Shown here: positions 9,195 through 18,055 of the stretch, one piece after another
Layout: each line of letters opens with the position of its first letter
How positions within the stretch are numbered: position 1 is the first letter of the stretch
Assembly (NCBI GenBank): GCA_033762715.1
Contig: JANRLL010000012.1
Span: 27,113 to 91,112, forward strand
From: Rickettsiales bacterium
GTDB lineage: Bacteria > Pseudomonadota > Alphaproteobacteria > Rickettsiales > SXRF01
DNA length: 64,000 nucleotides
Direction: 5' to 3'
Notes under the pieces: model-generated
The model's input: the letters and a program-made list of their open reading frames with translations, nothing else
Databases searched by the model: none
What the model was told of the DNA's origin: nothing
Position numbers and translations under genes: made by a program

Positions 9195-9946
9195 AAAATA
9201 TCTCATACAAAAATGAAATTATCTGGATAATTGGCGCCAGTAGCGGCATTGGCTACGCCCTGGCAGTGGAGCTCGCAGCACGCGGCGCAACGCTTGCGCT
9301 CTCCGCACGCCGTAAGGAGGAATTAGAGAAGCTAAAAGAACGTATTGGTGAACGCCACATGATTTATCCGCTGGATGTTGCCGATACAGAGCTAACTATT
9401 CGTACCGCAAAAGCAATCCACGCCGGAAACGGACGTATTGATCGCGTGATTTTTATGTCAGCGGCTTATACGCCGATGCAGCTTGATGCACTCAATATGC
9501 TGGTTACCAGACATATGGTTGATGTGAATATCATGGGTGCGTTTAATGTAGTGCATGCGGTGTTGGCTTTACTAAAAGAGCAAAAATCAGGGCAGATTGC
9601 ATTATGCGCAAGCGTTGCTGGCTATACTGGCTTATCGGGCGGTCAGCCCTACAGCGCCACCAAAGCAGCCGTGATAAATATGGCGGAAAGCCTATATGCG
9701 GAATGTCCAAACCATATCGACATAAAACTAATCAGCCCCGGATTTGTACGCACACCGCTTACGGATAAAAACAATTTCTCCATGCCGATGATTATTACAC
9801 CGGAGGCAGCCGCCAAAGCGATTGCAAGCGCACTTCACTCCAAGCGTTTTGAAATTCACTTTCCCAAGAAATTTACGTTGATGCTCAAGCTGCTGAGGTT
9901 GATGCCTTATCCGCTGAAACTTCTTATCAGTCGCCAAATGCAATAA
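9191..9946 (+). CDS. SDR-family oxidoreductase
   Basis: 251 aa with IIGASSGIGYALA (TGxxxGIG) and the YSATKAA catalytic motif. ATGA overlap with the upstream gene. Confidence 0.85.
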   Translation: MKNISYKNEIIWIIGASSGIGYALAVELAARGATLALSARRKEELEKLKERIGERHMIYPLDVADTELTIRTAKAIHAGNGRIDRVIFMSAAYTPMQLDALNMLVTRHMVDVNIMGAFNVVHAVLALLKEQKSGQIALCASVAGYTGLSGGQPYSATKAAVINMAESLYAECPNHIDIKLISPGFVRTPLTDKNNFSMPMIITPEAAAKAIASALHSKRFEIHFPKKFTLMLKLLRLMPYPLKLLISRQMQ

Positions 9947-9961
9947 AAAAGAGAGATTTTT

Positions 9962-10396
9962 ATGACCACTTCACTTTATGCCGCATTGGTTGCCCTCATG
10001 TTTATCGCACTCAGCGTGAATGTCATTCGCGGTCGCCGTAAAAACAAAATAGCCCTGGGTGACAATGGTAATCATGATATGCAACGGCGTATGCGTGCAC
10101 AGGGAAATTTTGCTGAATATGCGCCGATATTTCTTATTCTGTTAGTGCTGGCGGAATATAATGGCCTTCCTACCTACGGCGTGCATGGTCTTGGAGTCTT
10201 ATTTTTACTTGGAAGAATAAGTCATGCGTATGGCATTCTAAAAGCCGAGCAACATAGGAATGGTCAAATACCTTCAGGCCTTGGCTACCGAATCCGCGGC
10301 ATGGTCTGCACATTTACGACGCTAGGAATCTTGGTGAGTATTCTACTCACTCAGTACGCTATCAACTTATTTTCATCATCAGGAGATGACCTATGA
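9962..10396 (+). CDS. MAPEG family membrane protein
   Basis: 144 aa with 3-4 TM segments. The RMRAQGNFAEYAPIFLILL and GRISHAYG motifs are typical of bacterial MAPEG proteins. Confidence 0.75.
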   Translation: MTTSLYAALVALMFIALSVNVIRGRRKNKIALGDNGNHDMQRRMRAQGNFAEYAPIFLILLVLAEYNGLPTYGVHGLGVLFLLGRISHAYGILKAEQHRNGQIPSGLGYRIRGMVCTFTTLGILVSILLTQYAINLFSSSGDDL

Positions 10397-11511
10397 CCAC
10401 ATTATTCGACACACTCACGCTTGGCGACATAACACTTTCAAACCGCATTATCATGGCGCCACTCACGCGCATGCGCAGCAAACAGCCCGGCAACATTCCC
10501 CATGCGCTGAATGCGGAGTATTACGCACAGCGCGCTAGTGCGGGGCTCATCGTTTCCGAAGCTACGCAAATAAGCCAGCAAGGACAAGGCTACCCAGCCA
10601 CACCGGGGATTCATTCACCCGAACAGATTGAGGGATGGAAACTGGTGACAGAGGCTGTGCATGAACAAAGAGGAAAGATATTCCTGCAGCTCTGGCATGT
10701 GGGCCGCATTTCCCATTCTTCACACCAGCCAAATGATGGACTACCTGTTGCTCCATCAGCCATTAAGCCAACAGGCAAGGTATTCACTGCGGATTGGAAG
10801 CAGGTAGATTACGAAACCCCGCGTGCGTTGGAAACCTTAGAAATTGCAGGCATTGTAGCGGATTATAAAAAAGCATCTGAGAATGCTAAGGCCGCAGGTT
10901 TTGATGGTGTGGAAGTGCATGGTGCCAATGGTTATCTGCTCGATCAATTCCTGCAAGACGGCAGCAATAAACGCACCGATAACTATGGCGGCTCCATCGA
11001 GAATCGTACACGTTTGTTGCTCGAAGTGGTGGATGCAGTGGTTGCTGTATGGGGCAAAGGCCGCGTCGGTGTACGCCTGTCGCCCTATGGCACGTTCAAC
11101 GATATGGACGATAGCGATCCGATTGCACTCTTCAATTATGTGTTAGATCAACTCAGCAAGCGCGGTATTGCCTATGTGCATATGATTGAACCACGTGCCA
11201 CCAGTGCCGGTGGTAGTGACGCAGTAGCGCAGTCTGCACCTTCAACATCGCAGATTTTCCGTAAAAGCTTCAAAGGCGCATTTATTTCTGCCGGTGGTTA
11301 TGATGCCGAGAATGCAAAGCAAGCGGTCGAAAGTGGCGAAGTGGACGCGGTGGCATTTGGCCGCCATTTTATTGCCAACCCCGATTTGCCTGAACGTATA
11401 AAAACCTTAGCAACCCTCAATAAATACAACCGCGCAACCTTTTATGGCGGTGCAGAAAAAGGCTATACTGATTACCCGTTCTTAGTAGAAAATGAAAGGG
11501 CAAGCGCATGA
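10393..11511 (+). CDS. Old Yellow Enzyme family alkene reductase (N-ethylmaleimide reductase-like)
   Basis: 372 aa with NRIIMAPLTRMR, QLWHVGR and GFDGVEVHGANGYLLDQFL. These are strong OYE signatures. Confidence 0.9.
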   Translation: MTTLFDTLTLGDITLSNRIIMAPLTRMRSKQPGNIPHALNAEYYAQRASAGLIVSEATQISQQGQGYPATPGIHSPEQIEGWKLVTEAVHEQRGKIFLQLWHVGRISHSSHQPNDGLPVAPSAIKPTGKVFTADWKQVDYETPRALETLEIAGIVADYKKASENAKAAGFDGVEVHGANGYLLDQFLQDGSNKRTDNYGGSIENRTRLLLEVVDAVVAVWGKGRVGVRLSPYGTFNDMDDSDPIALFNYVLDQLSKRGIAYVHMIEPRATSAGGSDAVAQSAPSTSQIFRKSFKGAFISAGGYDAENAKQAVESGEVDAVAFGRHFIANPDLPERIKTLATLNKYNRATFYGGAEKGYTDYPFLVENERASA

Positions 11512-12140
11512 GAAAAATCATAGGATTATTACTTATGCCGTTATTTTTCTCTGCTTGCACCGCCAAAGAAGAACTCGGTAGCTATCGCGGCTATGAGCTT
11601 CCCCCTTATACTGTTCTACAAAAAGAAGAGAACACCGAGATCAGGCAATATGCGCCGCAGCTGATGGCAGAAGTCACCATGGAAGGGGAACGCAAAGAAG
11701 CCGTCAGCGCAGGGTTCCGGATCCTTGCCGCTTATATATTTGGTGATAATGAAAGCGCAGCTAAAGTGGCAATGACGACACCGGTAACGCAGGAACCGGC
11801 TTCAGAGAAAATTGCCATGACAACACCGGTGACCCAGAAAAAATCAGGGGATTCGTGGGTGGTGCGGTTTGGCATGCCGAAACAATATACTACGGAAACG
11901 CTCCCTAAAACCAAAGATACGCGCATACGCTTTGTAACAACCAAGCCGAAGAAGCATGTGGCGATTAGGTTTTCTGGCTTCGCAACCGATACTGTCATTG
12001 CTGAACAAACAAAATTGCTGGAAGCGTTCATTACACAGCAAAAACTTGTGCGCATAGGTGATCCGGCCATTGCCTATTACGATGATCCTTTCACCTTCCC
12101 TTGGAACCGCCGCAATGAGATTATGATTGAGGTGAAATAG
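11508..12140 (+). CDS. SOUL heme-binding family protein (lipoprotein)
   Basis: 210 aa with a lipobox (LFFSAC) and a duplicated AMTTPVTQ motif. The C-terminal YDDPFTFPWNRRNEIMIEV is typical of SOUL/HEBP proteins. Confidence 0.75.
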   Translation: MRKIIGLLLMPLFFSACTAKEELGSYRGYELPPYTVLQKEENTEIRQYAPQLMAEVTMEGERKEAVSAGFRILAAYIFGDNESAAKVAMTTPVTQEPASEKIAMTTPVTQKKSGDSWVVRFGMPKQYTTETLPKTKDTRIRFVTTKPKKHVAIRFSGFATDTVIAEQTKLLEAFITQQKLVRIGDPAIAYYDDPFTFPWNRRNEIMIEVK

Positions 12141-12141
12141 C

Positions 12142-12708
12142 GTGAAATATCTACTCACACTGATACTAGGAATATTCATTATGTGGCCTCTTACCCCTTC
12201 TGCCGCTGAAACACCTACACAGAACGCGTATGATTTTTCTTTCAATACGCTCATGGGCGGGGAACCCATGCCCTTATCAAACTATAAGGGCAAAGTTCTA
12301 TTGATTGTAAACACTGCCTCCAAATGTGGATTTACTGGACAATATGAAGGTTTGGAGAAACTCTATACCAGCTATAAAGATAAAGGATTGGTGGTTATTG
12401 GTGTGCCTAGCAACGATTTTGGGGCACAGGAACCTGGTTCCTCCGAAGAGATCGCAAATTTCTGTAAGCTCAATTACGGTGTATCTTTTCCGATGGCATC
12501 TAAAGAAGCTGTATCAGGTGATGGTGCGCATCCATTTTATCAATATGCTAAAAAAACGCTTGGATTCGGCACTGCGCCAAAATGGAACTTTCACAAATAT
12601 CTAATTAATCGCAAAGGTGTGCTAATTGATTATTTCAACTCAACCACATCACCTGATTCAACAAAAGTGAAAACGGTTATTGAATCAGCGCTGAGCGAAG
12701 CGGAATAA
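12142..12708 (+). CDS. Glutathione peroxidase (Cys-type, with signal peptide)
   Basis: GTG start with a GAGGTGA RBS 7 nt upstream. It has NTASKCGFT, the GLVVIGVPSNDFGAQEPG signature and KWNFHKYLI. Confidence 0.9.
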   Translation: MKYLLTLILGIFIMWPLTPSAAETPTQNAYDFSFNTLMGGEPMPLSNYKGKVLLIVNTASKCGFTGQYEGLEKLYTSYKDKGLVVIGVPSNDFGAQEPGSSEEIANFCKLNYGVSFPMASKEAVSGDGAHPFYQYAKKTLGFGTAPKWNFHKYLINRKGVLIDYFNSTTSPDSTKVKTVIESALSEAE

Positions 12709-12715
12709 TAGAAAA

Positions 12716-14191
12716 ATGCCGCAAAAAACCATTGTTCTTTTTCAGCAAGACCTGAGGCTAAGCGACAATCCAGCGCTGATCTATGCTGCAAAACGTGGTG
12801 AAGTTATTCCTGTGTATGTATGGGACAATATCGTCGGCTCTCAAGGGTTAGGCGGTGCGAGCAAATGGTGGCTGCACCATAGTTTACTCGCCTTACAAGC
12901 AAGCCTTAAAGAGCGCGGCGTCCAGTTAATTTTACGGCAAGGCGATACACTCACCGTTATTTCGCAATTGCTCAAGGAATGTGCAGCCGATGGTGTTTAC
13001 TGGAACCGCTGTTATGAACCTAATGCAATTGAGAAAGGGAAAACCTTAAAAACCGCCCTTGAAGCACAAAAAATTGAAGCAAAAAGCTTCAAGACTGGGC
13101 TGCTATTTGAACCATGGGAAATTGCAAACAAGCAAGGGGATTTCTTTAAGGTGTTTACGCCTTTCTGGAGACACTGCCTTACTCAAGCCGTAAGTATTGG
13201 TGAACCTTACGAAGTGCCTGAGTTTTTACCATCCACGCACAGTAATAAGTGCGACGATTTGCTTGAATGGAAATTGCTGCCAACCCATCCAGATTGGTCA
13301 GGGGGACTCCGCAACTTATGGCACCCTGGCGAAAAGTTCGCCCATCAACGCCTGCACTCCTTCTTGGATAATTGCTTGGGCGCTTACGCTGAAAAACGCG
13401 ATATTCCTTCGGATGCCGGCACTTCTTATCTTTCACCACACTTGCATTGGGGAGAAATTAGTCCACGTCAGTTATACAACGCCACTCGCTACCATGAAGC
13501 ACTTACAGGTAATAGCCGTGCGGCAGAAAAATTCCTCTCTGAATTGGGATGGCGCGAGTTTTCTTACTACTTATTGTATCATGTGCCCAACCTGCCTTCG
13601 ATGCCCTTTAACCTAAAATTCAAAGATTTTCCTTGGGTGAGTGATGATGGTGCATTGCGTGCATGGCAGCGTGGGGAAACCGGCTATCCGCTGGTGGATG
13701 CCGGTATGCGCGAGTTATGGGAAACGGGTTATATGCATAACCGCGTACGCATGATTGTTGCATCTTTCCTCACCAAACATTTACAAGTGGACTGGAAGCA
13801 CGGTGCTGCATGGTTTTGGGATACGCTGGTAGATGCCGATTTGGCAAATAACAGCGCAAGCTGGCAGTGGGTTGCAGGATGTGGTGCAGATGCATCACCG
13901 TATTATCGGATATTCAATCCTATACTGCAAGGCCAGCGGTTTGATCCAGCAGGAAAATATGTAAGACGCTGGATTCCAGAATTATCAAAACTACCTGATA
14001 CCTATATCCATTGTCCATGGGAAGCCGGTGAGGAAATATTGCGTCACGCAGGTGTGTCGCTTGGAAAAAATTATCCGGGTCCTATCGTAAACCACGCGGC
14101 TGCACGCGAAGCTGCTTTGCATGCATACAAGATGCATAAAAGTGATGCGACTTCACCACCGTCTATCAATGGACTCAAGGACGTTGTATGA
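12716..14191 (+). CDS. phrB: Deoxyribodipyrimidine photolyase (class I CPD photolyase/cryptochrome family)
   Basis: 491 aa with TSYLSPHLHWGEISPR, LGWREFSYYLL, GYMHNRVRMIVASFL and NSASWQWVAGCGADASPYYRIFNP. Confidence 0.9.
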   Translation: MPQKTIVLFQQDLRLSDNPALIYAAKRGEVIPVYVWDNIVGSQGLGGASKWWLHHSLLALQASLKERGVQLILRQGDTLTVISQLLKECAADGVYWNRCYEPNAIEKGKTLKTALEAQKIEAKSFKTGLLFEPWEIANKQGDFFKVFTPFWRHCLTQAVSIGEPYEVPEFLPSTHSNKCDDLLEWKLLPTHPDWSGGLRNLWHPGEKFAHQRLHSFLDNCLGAYAEKRDIPSDAGTSYLSPHLHWGEISPRQLYNATRYHEALTGNSRAAEKFLSELGWREFSYYLLYHVPNLPSMPFNLKFKDFPWVSDDGALRAWQRGETGYPLVDAGMRELWETGYMHNRVRMIVASFLTKHLQVDWKHGAAWFWDTLVDADLANNSASWQWVAGCGADASPYYRIFNPILQGQRFDPAGKYVRRWIPELSKLPDTYIHCPWEAGEEILRHAGVSLGKNYPGPIVNHAAAREAALHAYKMHKSDATSPPSINGLKDVV

Positions 14192-15171
14192 AACCACGCA
14201 TTGCCATCATTGGCGCTGGAATATCTGGTTTGACAGTCGCCCGCGCATTGACAGGTAGCGCCGAGGTGAATGTTTTTGAAAAATCTCGTGGCGTTGGTGG
14301 ACGAATGAGTACGCGCTATGCTGAGCCATTTTATTTTGATCACGGCACACAGTTTTTTACAGCGCGAACTCAGGCATTCAGAGATTTTCTTGAGCACTAT
14401 ATGCAGCAGGGCGCCCTCGACGAGTGGAAAGGTAAGATCATTAGCCTTGAAGCGGGCAAAAAATTAAGTAAGCACGTGTGGTTCGAGCCGCATTTAGTCG
14501 CAACTCCCAACATGAATAGCCTATGCAAGAAAATGGCCGAAGGGATTGCTGTTTTAGTTAATACTGAGGTGGCACCCCTAATTGCAAAACAATCTGATGG
14601 CTGGCATTTGCGCGATAAAGATGGTAACGCACTTGGCACCTATGACTGGGTCATTTCAACGGCACCTCCAGCTCAAACACTTAGGTTGTTTGCTGCCCAG
14701 CTTCCTGAGAAAACACAGATGAACAGCGTGCGCATGCAAGGTTGCTATACACTGATGATTGGATTTAATAAGCCATGGGACAAGCAATGGATTGCCGCTA
14801 AAGTTCGCGACAATCCAATTGAGTGGATTGCAATTAATTCAACAAAGCCGCACAGAAATCGTGATGTTACGAGCATTGTTGTACATACACAAAATCAGTG
14901 GGCAGAAGATCACATCGACGATGATGTGAAAATAGCAGAAGAGTTCTTGCTACAGAATTTTCAAGCAGTATCAGGCATTGATTGCAGTGCAGCGAATCAT
15001 ATATCTACACACCGCTGGAAATATGCGATTGTGGATCAGCCAGAGAAATTTGAGCCATATATTGACCCAAATCAATACATCGCCGCGACAGGCGATTGGT
15101 GCGGCGCCTCTCGAATTGAGGATGTATGGCTCTCTGCCATGCATCTTGTACAAAAATTGAGGAGCCAATGA
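14188..15171 (+). CDS. NAD(P)/FAD-dependent oxidoreductase (renalase-like, COG3380)
   Basis: 327 aa with IAIIGAGISGLTVA...VFEKSRGVGGRMSTR...FDHGTQFF. ATGA overlap with the photolyase gene. Confidence 0.7.
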   Translation: MKPRIAIIGAGISGLTVARALTGSAEVNVFEKSRGVGGRMSTRYAEPFYFDHGTQFFTARTQAFRDFLEHYMQQGALDEWKGKIISLEAGKKLSKHVWFEPHLVATPNMNSLCKKMAEGIAVLVNTEVAPLIAKQSDGWHLRDKDGNALGTYDWVISTAPPAQTLRLFAAQLPEKTQMNSVRMQGCYTLMIGFNKPWDKQWIAAKVRDNPIEWIAINSTKPHRNRDVTSIVVHTQNQWAEDHIDDDVKIAEEFLLQNFQAVSGIDCSAANHISTHRWKYAIVDQPEKFEPYIDPNQYIAATGDWCGASRIEDVWLSAMHLVQKLRSQ

Positions 15172-15338
15172 GGACATCCAGCACCTATTCACCGCCGACA
15201 CGCCTGGTTCAATTAGGCAAGGAGCCCTTCAAGGAATAAGCAAGAGTGGCCGCCAGAGCGGGCCATCCCTTAACAAATATTAAATATTGTGACAAGCATT
15301 GGCTGATGGGTTAAAGTAAGCGGCATTAGGAGATGACC

Positions 15339-16460
15339 ATGCCGGAACCCAAGCCGAGCCTTATACTGACCGGAAACAATGCCTCGCCTGCCATTGCGCA
15401 CACCCTAGAAGCAGCGAATGGATTTTCCTCCATTCCCGCCAGTATTGGCCAATTTGGCAGCAGTGAACCTTTCGTAGAGCTATTTCATGGCCAGGAGTCG
15501 GATGCTGTGGCAAATGCAGCTGCATTAAAAAATGCCAAAACCTATGTCGTCCAATCGACCAATGAGCCTGCCAGCGAACATTGCCAACATCTCTTATTGA
15601 TGGCTCATACCTTAAAACATTATGGCGCCAATGAAGTAACGGCCGTGATGCCGTTTGCCGCCTTTGCCAGGCAGGACCGCGAATTCAAAAACCGCTTCGC
15701 ATCGGTTGCCGCCGAATTCTTTCCCAAGCAATTAAAAGCAGCGGGTGTTGATCGCGTCATCACGGTGACACCCCATTCCGAAGCGGCCGTCAAATTCTAC
15801 CAAAATGAATTCGGTAATCGCTTTACGGCATTGTCTGCCACACAGCTATTTGCCGATGATATTAAAAAGCGCTTCGGTGAGGATTTGCCCAATGTGATGA
15901 TTGGAGCACCCGATGGTGCCGATAAACCGCTCGATGCCGGACAGCAACGCGCTAGAGAATTATGCGACGCCGTCTTCGGCGCCGGTAACCATAATGCCAG
16001 CCTGTTTAAAATTTCTAAAACCCATATCGGTGTAAGCGATACCAAAATCACAGGCTTTGAAGGCGATGTTATTGGCAAGCATTGCGTCATTGTCGATGAT
16101 ATGATCGATGGCGGCTCAACTATTATCAATGCTGCAAGCCTGCTGAAAGCCCGCGGTGCAGCATCTGTAACCGCCTATGCCACCCATGGTATATTATCCA
16201 ATAATGCGCTGGAGAAAATTCTCTCGGTCAAACCCGATGGCATGACGCCTGCCATCGATAGGCTTATTGTCACTGACACCATACCCAGTGTTGAGCAAAA
16301 AATTGCCACGCTAGCCGAGAAGCAACCAACCTTAGCACTGCAAGCGCAAGTGCTTTCCGTTGGGCCGATGGTTGCTGCCGAAATTGCACGCCAAGATGCG
16401 ATAGAGTTAGGCTTTGCCGATAGCATTAAACCAGGCGGCCAGCAACGCCTTACGTCATAA
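15339..16460 (+). CDS. Divergent ribose-phosphate pyrophosphokinase (Prs)-family protein
   Basis: It shows the Prs layout: an N-terminal FGSSEPFVEL...VVQST segment, a MPFAAFARQDREF flexible-loop region, and the PRPP-binding loop VIVDDMIDGGST. It has insertions and is longer than a canonical Prs. The AGGAG RBS is 6 nt before the ATG at 15339, whereas the ORF-track ATG at 15333 abuts the RBS. Confidence 0.7.
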   Translation: MPEPKPSLILTGNNASPAIAHTLEAANGFSSIPASIGQFGSSEPFVELFHGQESDAVANAAALKNAKTYVVQSTNEPASEHCQHLLLMAHTLKHYGANEVTAVMPFAAFARQDREFKNRFASVAAEFFPKQLKAAGVDRVITVTPHSEAAVKFYQNEFGNRFTALSATQLFADDIKKRFGEDLPNVMIGAPDGADKPLDAGQQRARELCDAVFGAGNHNASLFKISKTHIGVSDTKITGFEGDVIGKHCVIVDDMIDGGSTIINAASLLKARGAASVTAYATHGILSNNALEKILSVKPDGMTPAIDRLIVTDTIPSVEQKIATLAEKQPTLALQAQVLSVGPMVAAEIARQDAIELGFADSIKPGGQQRLTS

Positions 16461-16478
16461 TAAATTCAAGAGCCTTGT

Positions 16479-17627
16479 ATGGATGAAGCCGCATTGAAAA
16501 ATCGATATGGCGATGAGCTAGTGCAGCGTGTGCAGACGTTACTGGCTAAAGCGAAAGCACATCGTATCAAGATCGCAACGGCTGAATCATTGACCGCAGG
16601 CGGCATTGCCCATCTCCTCTATAGTTTGGATACGGATCACAGCGTCTTAAGCAGTGGCAAAGCAGTTTATAATAATAATGCAAAGGCTGAAATGCTCGGC
16701 GTCAGCCGAGAAGATCTGGCTTATTACGAAGCGGTCAGTGAACCAGTAGTGCGACAAATGGCAGAAGGTGCGTTAGCGAACTCGGATGCACAGATTAGCG
16801 TTTCCGTCACTGGCTATTCGGGGCCCTGGGGTGATGAGTCGCGTAATATTGACGGCAGCACCATTTTCGTAGGCACGTCTCATGTACAGCCTGACGGCAC
16901 CTATGCAACCCAGGCGGAAGAATTGCATTTCGATAAGCTACGTTCGCTGGATGTACGCAAGACGATTATTGCCGCCATCGGCGCGCTCGAATTATCACTC
17001 GATGCTAGCATCGCTCAACAAGCAGAATTGCAAGGCACCATTGCAAGCAAGGTTCAAGCAACCAGCGCGCAAGATCCCTGGGTGCGCGCCATTACCGATG
17101 CTAATCGCGCGGTTTATCAAGACCAATCGGGTGAGCCGACCGATCAACTACTGATGCAGGAATATGGGGCTGCAATAACCCAGCGCATCCGAAAACTGCA
17201 TAAAGATGCGGTTGGTAACAGGCAGACAATCGCTGTAGGTGGTGATGGTACTATCTCTGAAGTGGCCCATATGCTCACCATACTTAACGGCGCTTCAAAA
17301 GTGGTGGACCGATCCTATATCCTACCTAATCGCGCCGCGCAGGATCATATATTGCCATTAGATGCCAAACTATCGCCCGAAGATCATGCCAAAGCTATGG
17401 CAGCACATATTATACGTACATCACCTGCAACCATGGCTATAAGTGCGTACAGCGTAGATAACAGTCATGCCATCATGGCGATCGCAACGAAAAACCCAGA
17501 ACAAACACATGCCTTCCCTATTCATTTTTCCGGCACCAAGCCTGTAACGCGCCAAGTGGCGGAGCACGCACTAACATTACTGGAGCGCGCTTTGGAACCA
17601 TCACAAGAACACACGCGATGTGGCTAA
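16479..17627 (+). CDS. Tandem CinA C-terminal (PncC/NMN-deamidase-like) domain protein, second copy degenerate
   Basis: Residues 1-170 show KIATAESLTAGGIA...YNNNAKAEMLGV...AVSEPVVRQMAEGA...VSVTGYSGP, a CinA/PncC pattern. Residues ~195-382 repeat the layout (TIAVGGDGTISEVAHML...AKAMAAHI...AISAY...LTLLERAL), but the AESCTGG-type motif is lost. Confidence 0.65.
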   Translation: MDEAALKNRYGDELVQRVQTLLAKAKAHRIKIATAESLTAGGIAHLLYSLDTDHSVLSSGKAVYNNNAKAEMLGVSREDLAYYEAVSEPVVRQMAEGALANSDAQISVSVTGYSGPWGDESRNIDGSTIFVGTSHVQPDGTYATQAEELHFDKLRSLDVRKTIIAAIGALELSLDASIAQQAELQGTIASKVQATSAQDPWVRAITDANRAVYQDQSGEPTDQLLMQEYGAAITQRIRKLHKDAVGNRQTIAVGGDGTISEVAHMLTILNGASKVVDRSYILPNRAAQDHILPLDAKLSPEDHAKAMAAHIIRTSPATMAISAYSVDNSHAIMAIATKNPEQTHAFPIHFSGTKPVTRQVAEHALTLLERALEPSQEHTRCG

Positions 17628-17908
17628 TTCTGCTGCTTATTTATATGCAGCTGTGTGCCTTCTTGTATCAGCCTATGGGCGCGCTTAGGCCCATACCATC
17701 CAAGCGGGGTAAATCGCTTTCCCTCCAAGCGATTATAATAGATGAAAAATTCTTCCAACTCTGCGCGTGTCTGATTGCTGAGCTCTTTTACCGTAGTGAT
17801 AGGCTTATCATCGGCACACAAGGTTAATGTGCCAATTAGCCTGTCATTGCGGATGGTATGTTTCTTTTCTGTCTGCTTAGTAAGCGGGCGTCGGGTGAAT
17901 CCCCCGCT
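17624..17908 (-). pseudogene. Inorganic pyrophosphatase (ppa)-like 3' gene fragment
   Basis: The open frame reads ...IRNDRLIGTLTLCADDKPITTVKELSNQTRAELEEFFIYYNRLEGKRFTPLGWYGPKRAHRLI. This resembles the C-terminal third of family I Ppa (RPxGxLxMxDexGxDxK ... hFFxxYKxLExGK ... GW). No ATG start is present and the N-terminal two thirds are absent. The frame is closed by TAA at 17909-17911. Confidence 0.45.
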
Positions 17909-17937
17909 TTAACAAACCTACGTTTATGCGTGAGCCT

Positions 17938-17979
17938 AAAAAAACAGACGTGATTTTCAAAATTACGTCTGCTTTTTTA
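17938..17979. terminator. Bidirectional intrinsic terminator-like hairpin, not attached to an intact gene
   Basis: An A7 run is followed by the stem CAGACGTGAT / ATTACGTCTG (17945-17971, one G-T wobble), then CTTTTTTAT. Confidence 0.5.
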
Positions 17980-18055
17980 TATATCCATATTTGACTTTAC
18001 CGATAGTCGCGCTAGTTTGTGTATTGTTGCTCTGCTTTGAAATTATGAGGTCTAT

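Noticed and set aside
11760-11845. A 21-nt near-repeat (ATGACGACACCGGTAACGCAG / ATGACAACACCGGTGACCCAG) inside the SOUL gene.
   Set aside because: It encodes the duplicated AMTTPVTQ motif that, as I recall, is characteristic of SOUL/HEBP proteins. It is a protein-level feature, not a regulatory repeat.
17885-17915. A tRNA-like T-arm resemblance (CGGGTGAATCCCCCG), considered as a tRNA 3' fragment or integration att site.
   Set aside because: The loop lacks the TTC consensus, there is no complementary acceptor stem and no full cloverleaf in the preceding 75 nt. The segment also lies in the open frame of the ppa-like fragment.
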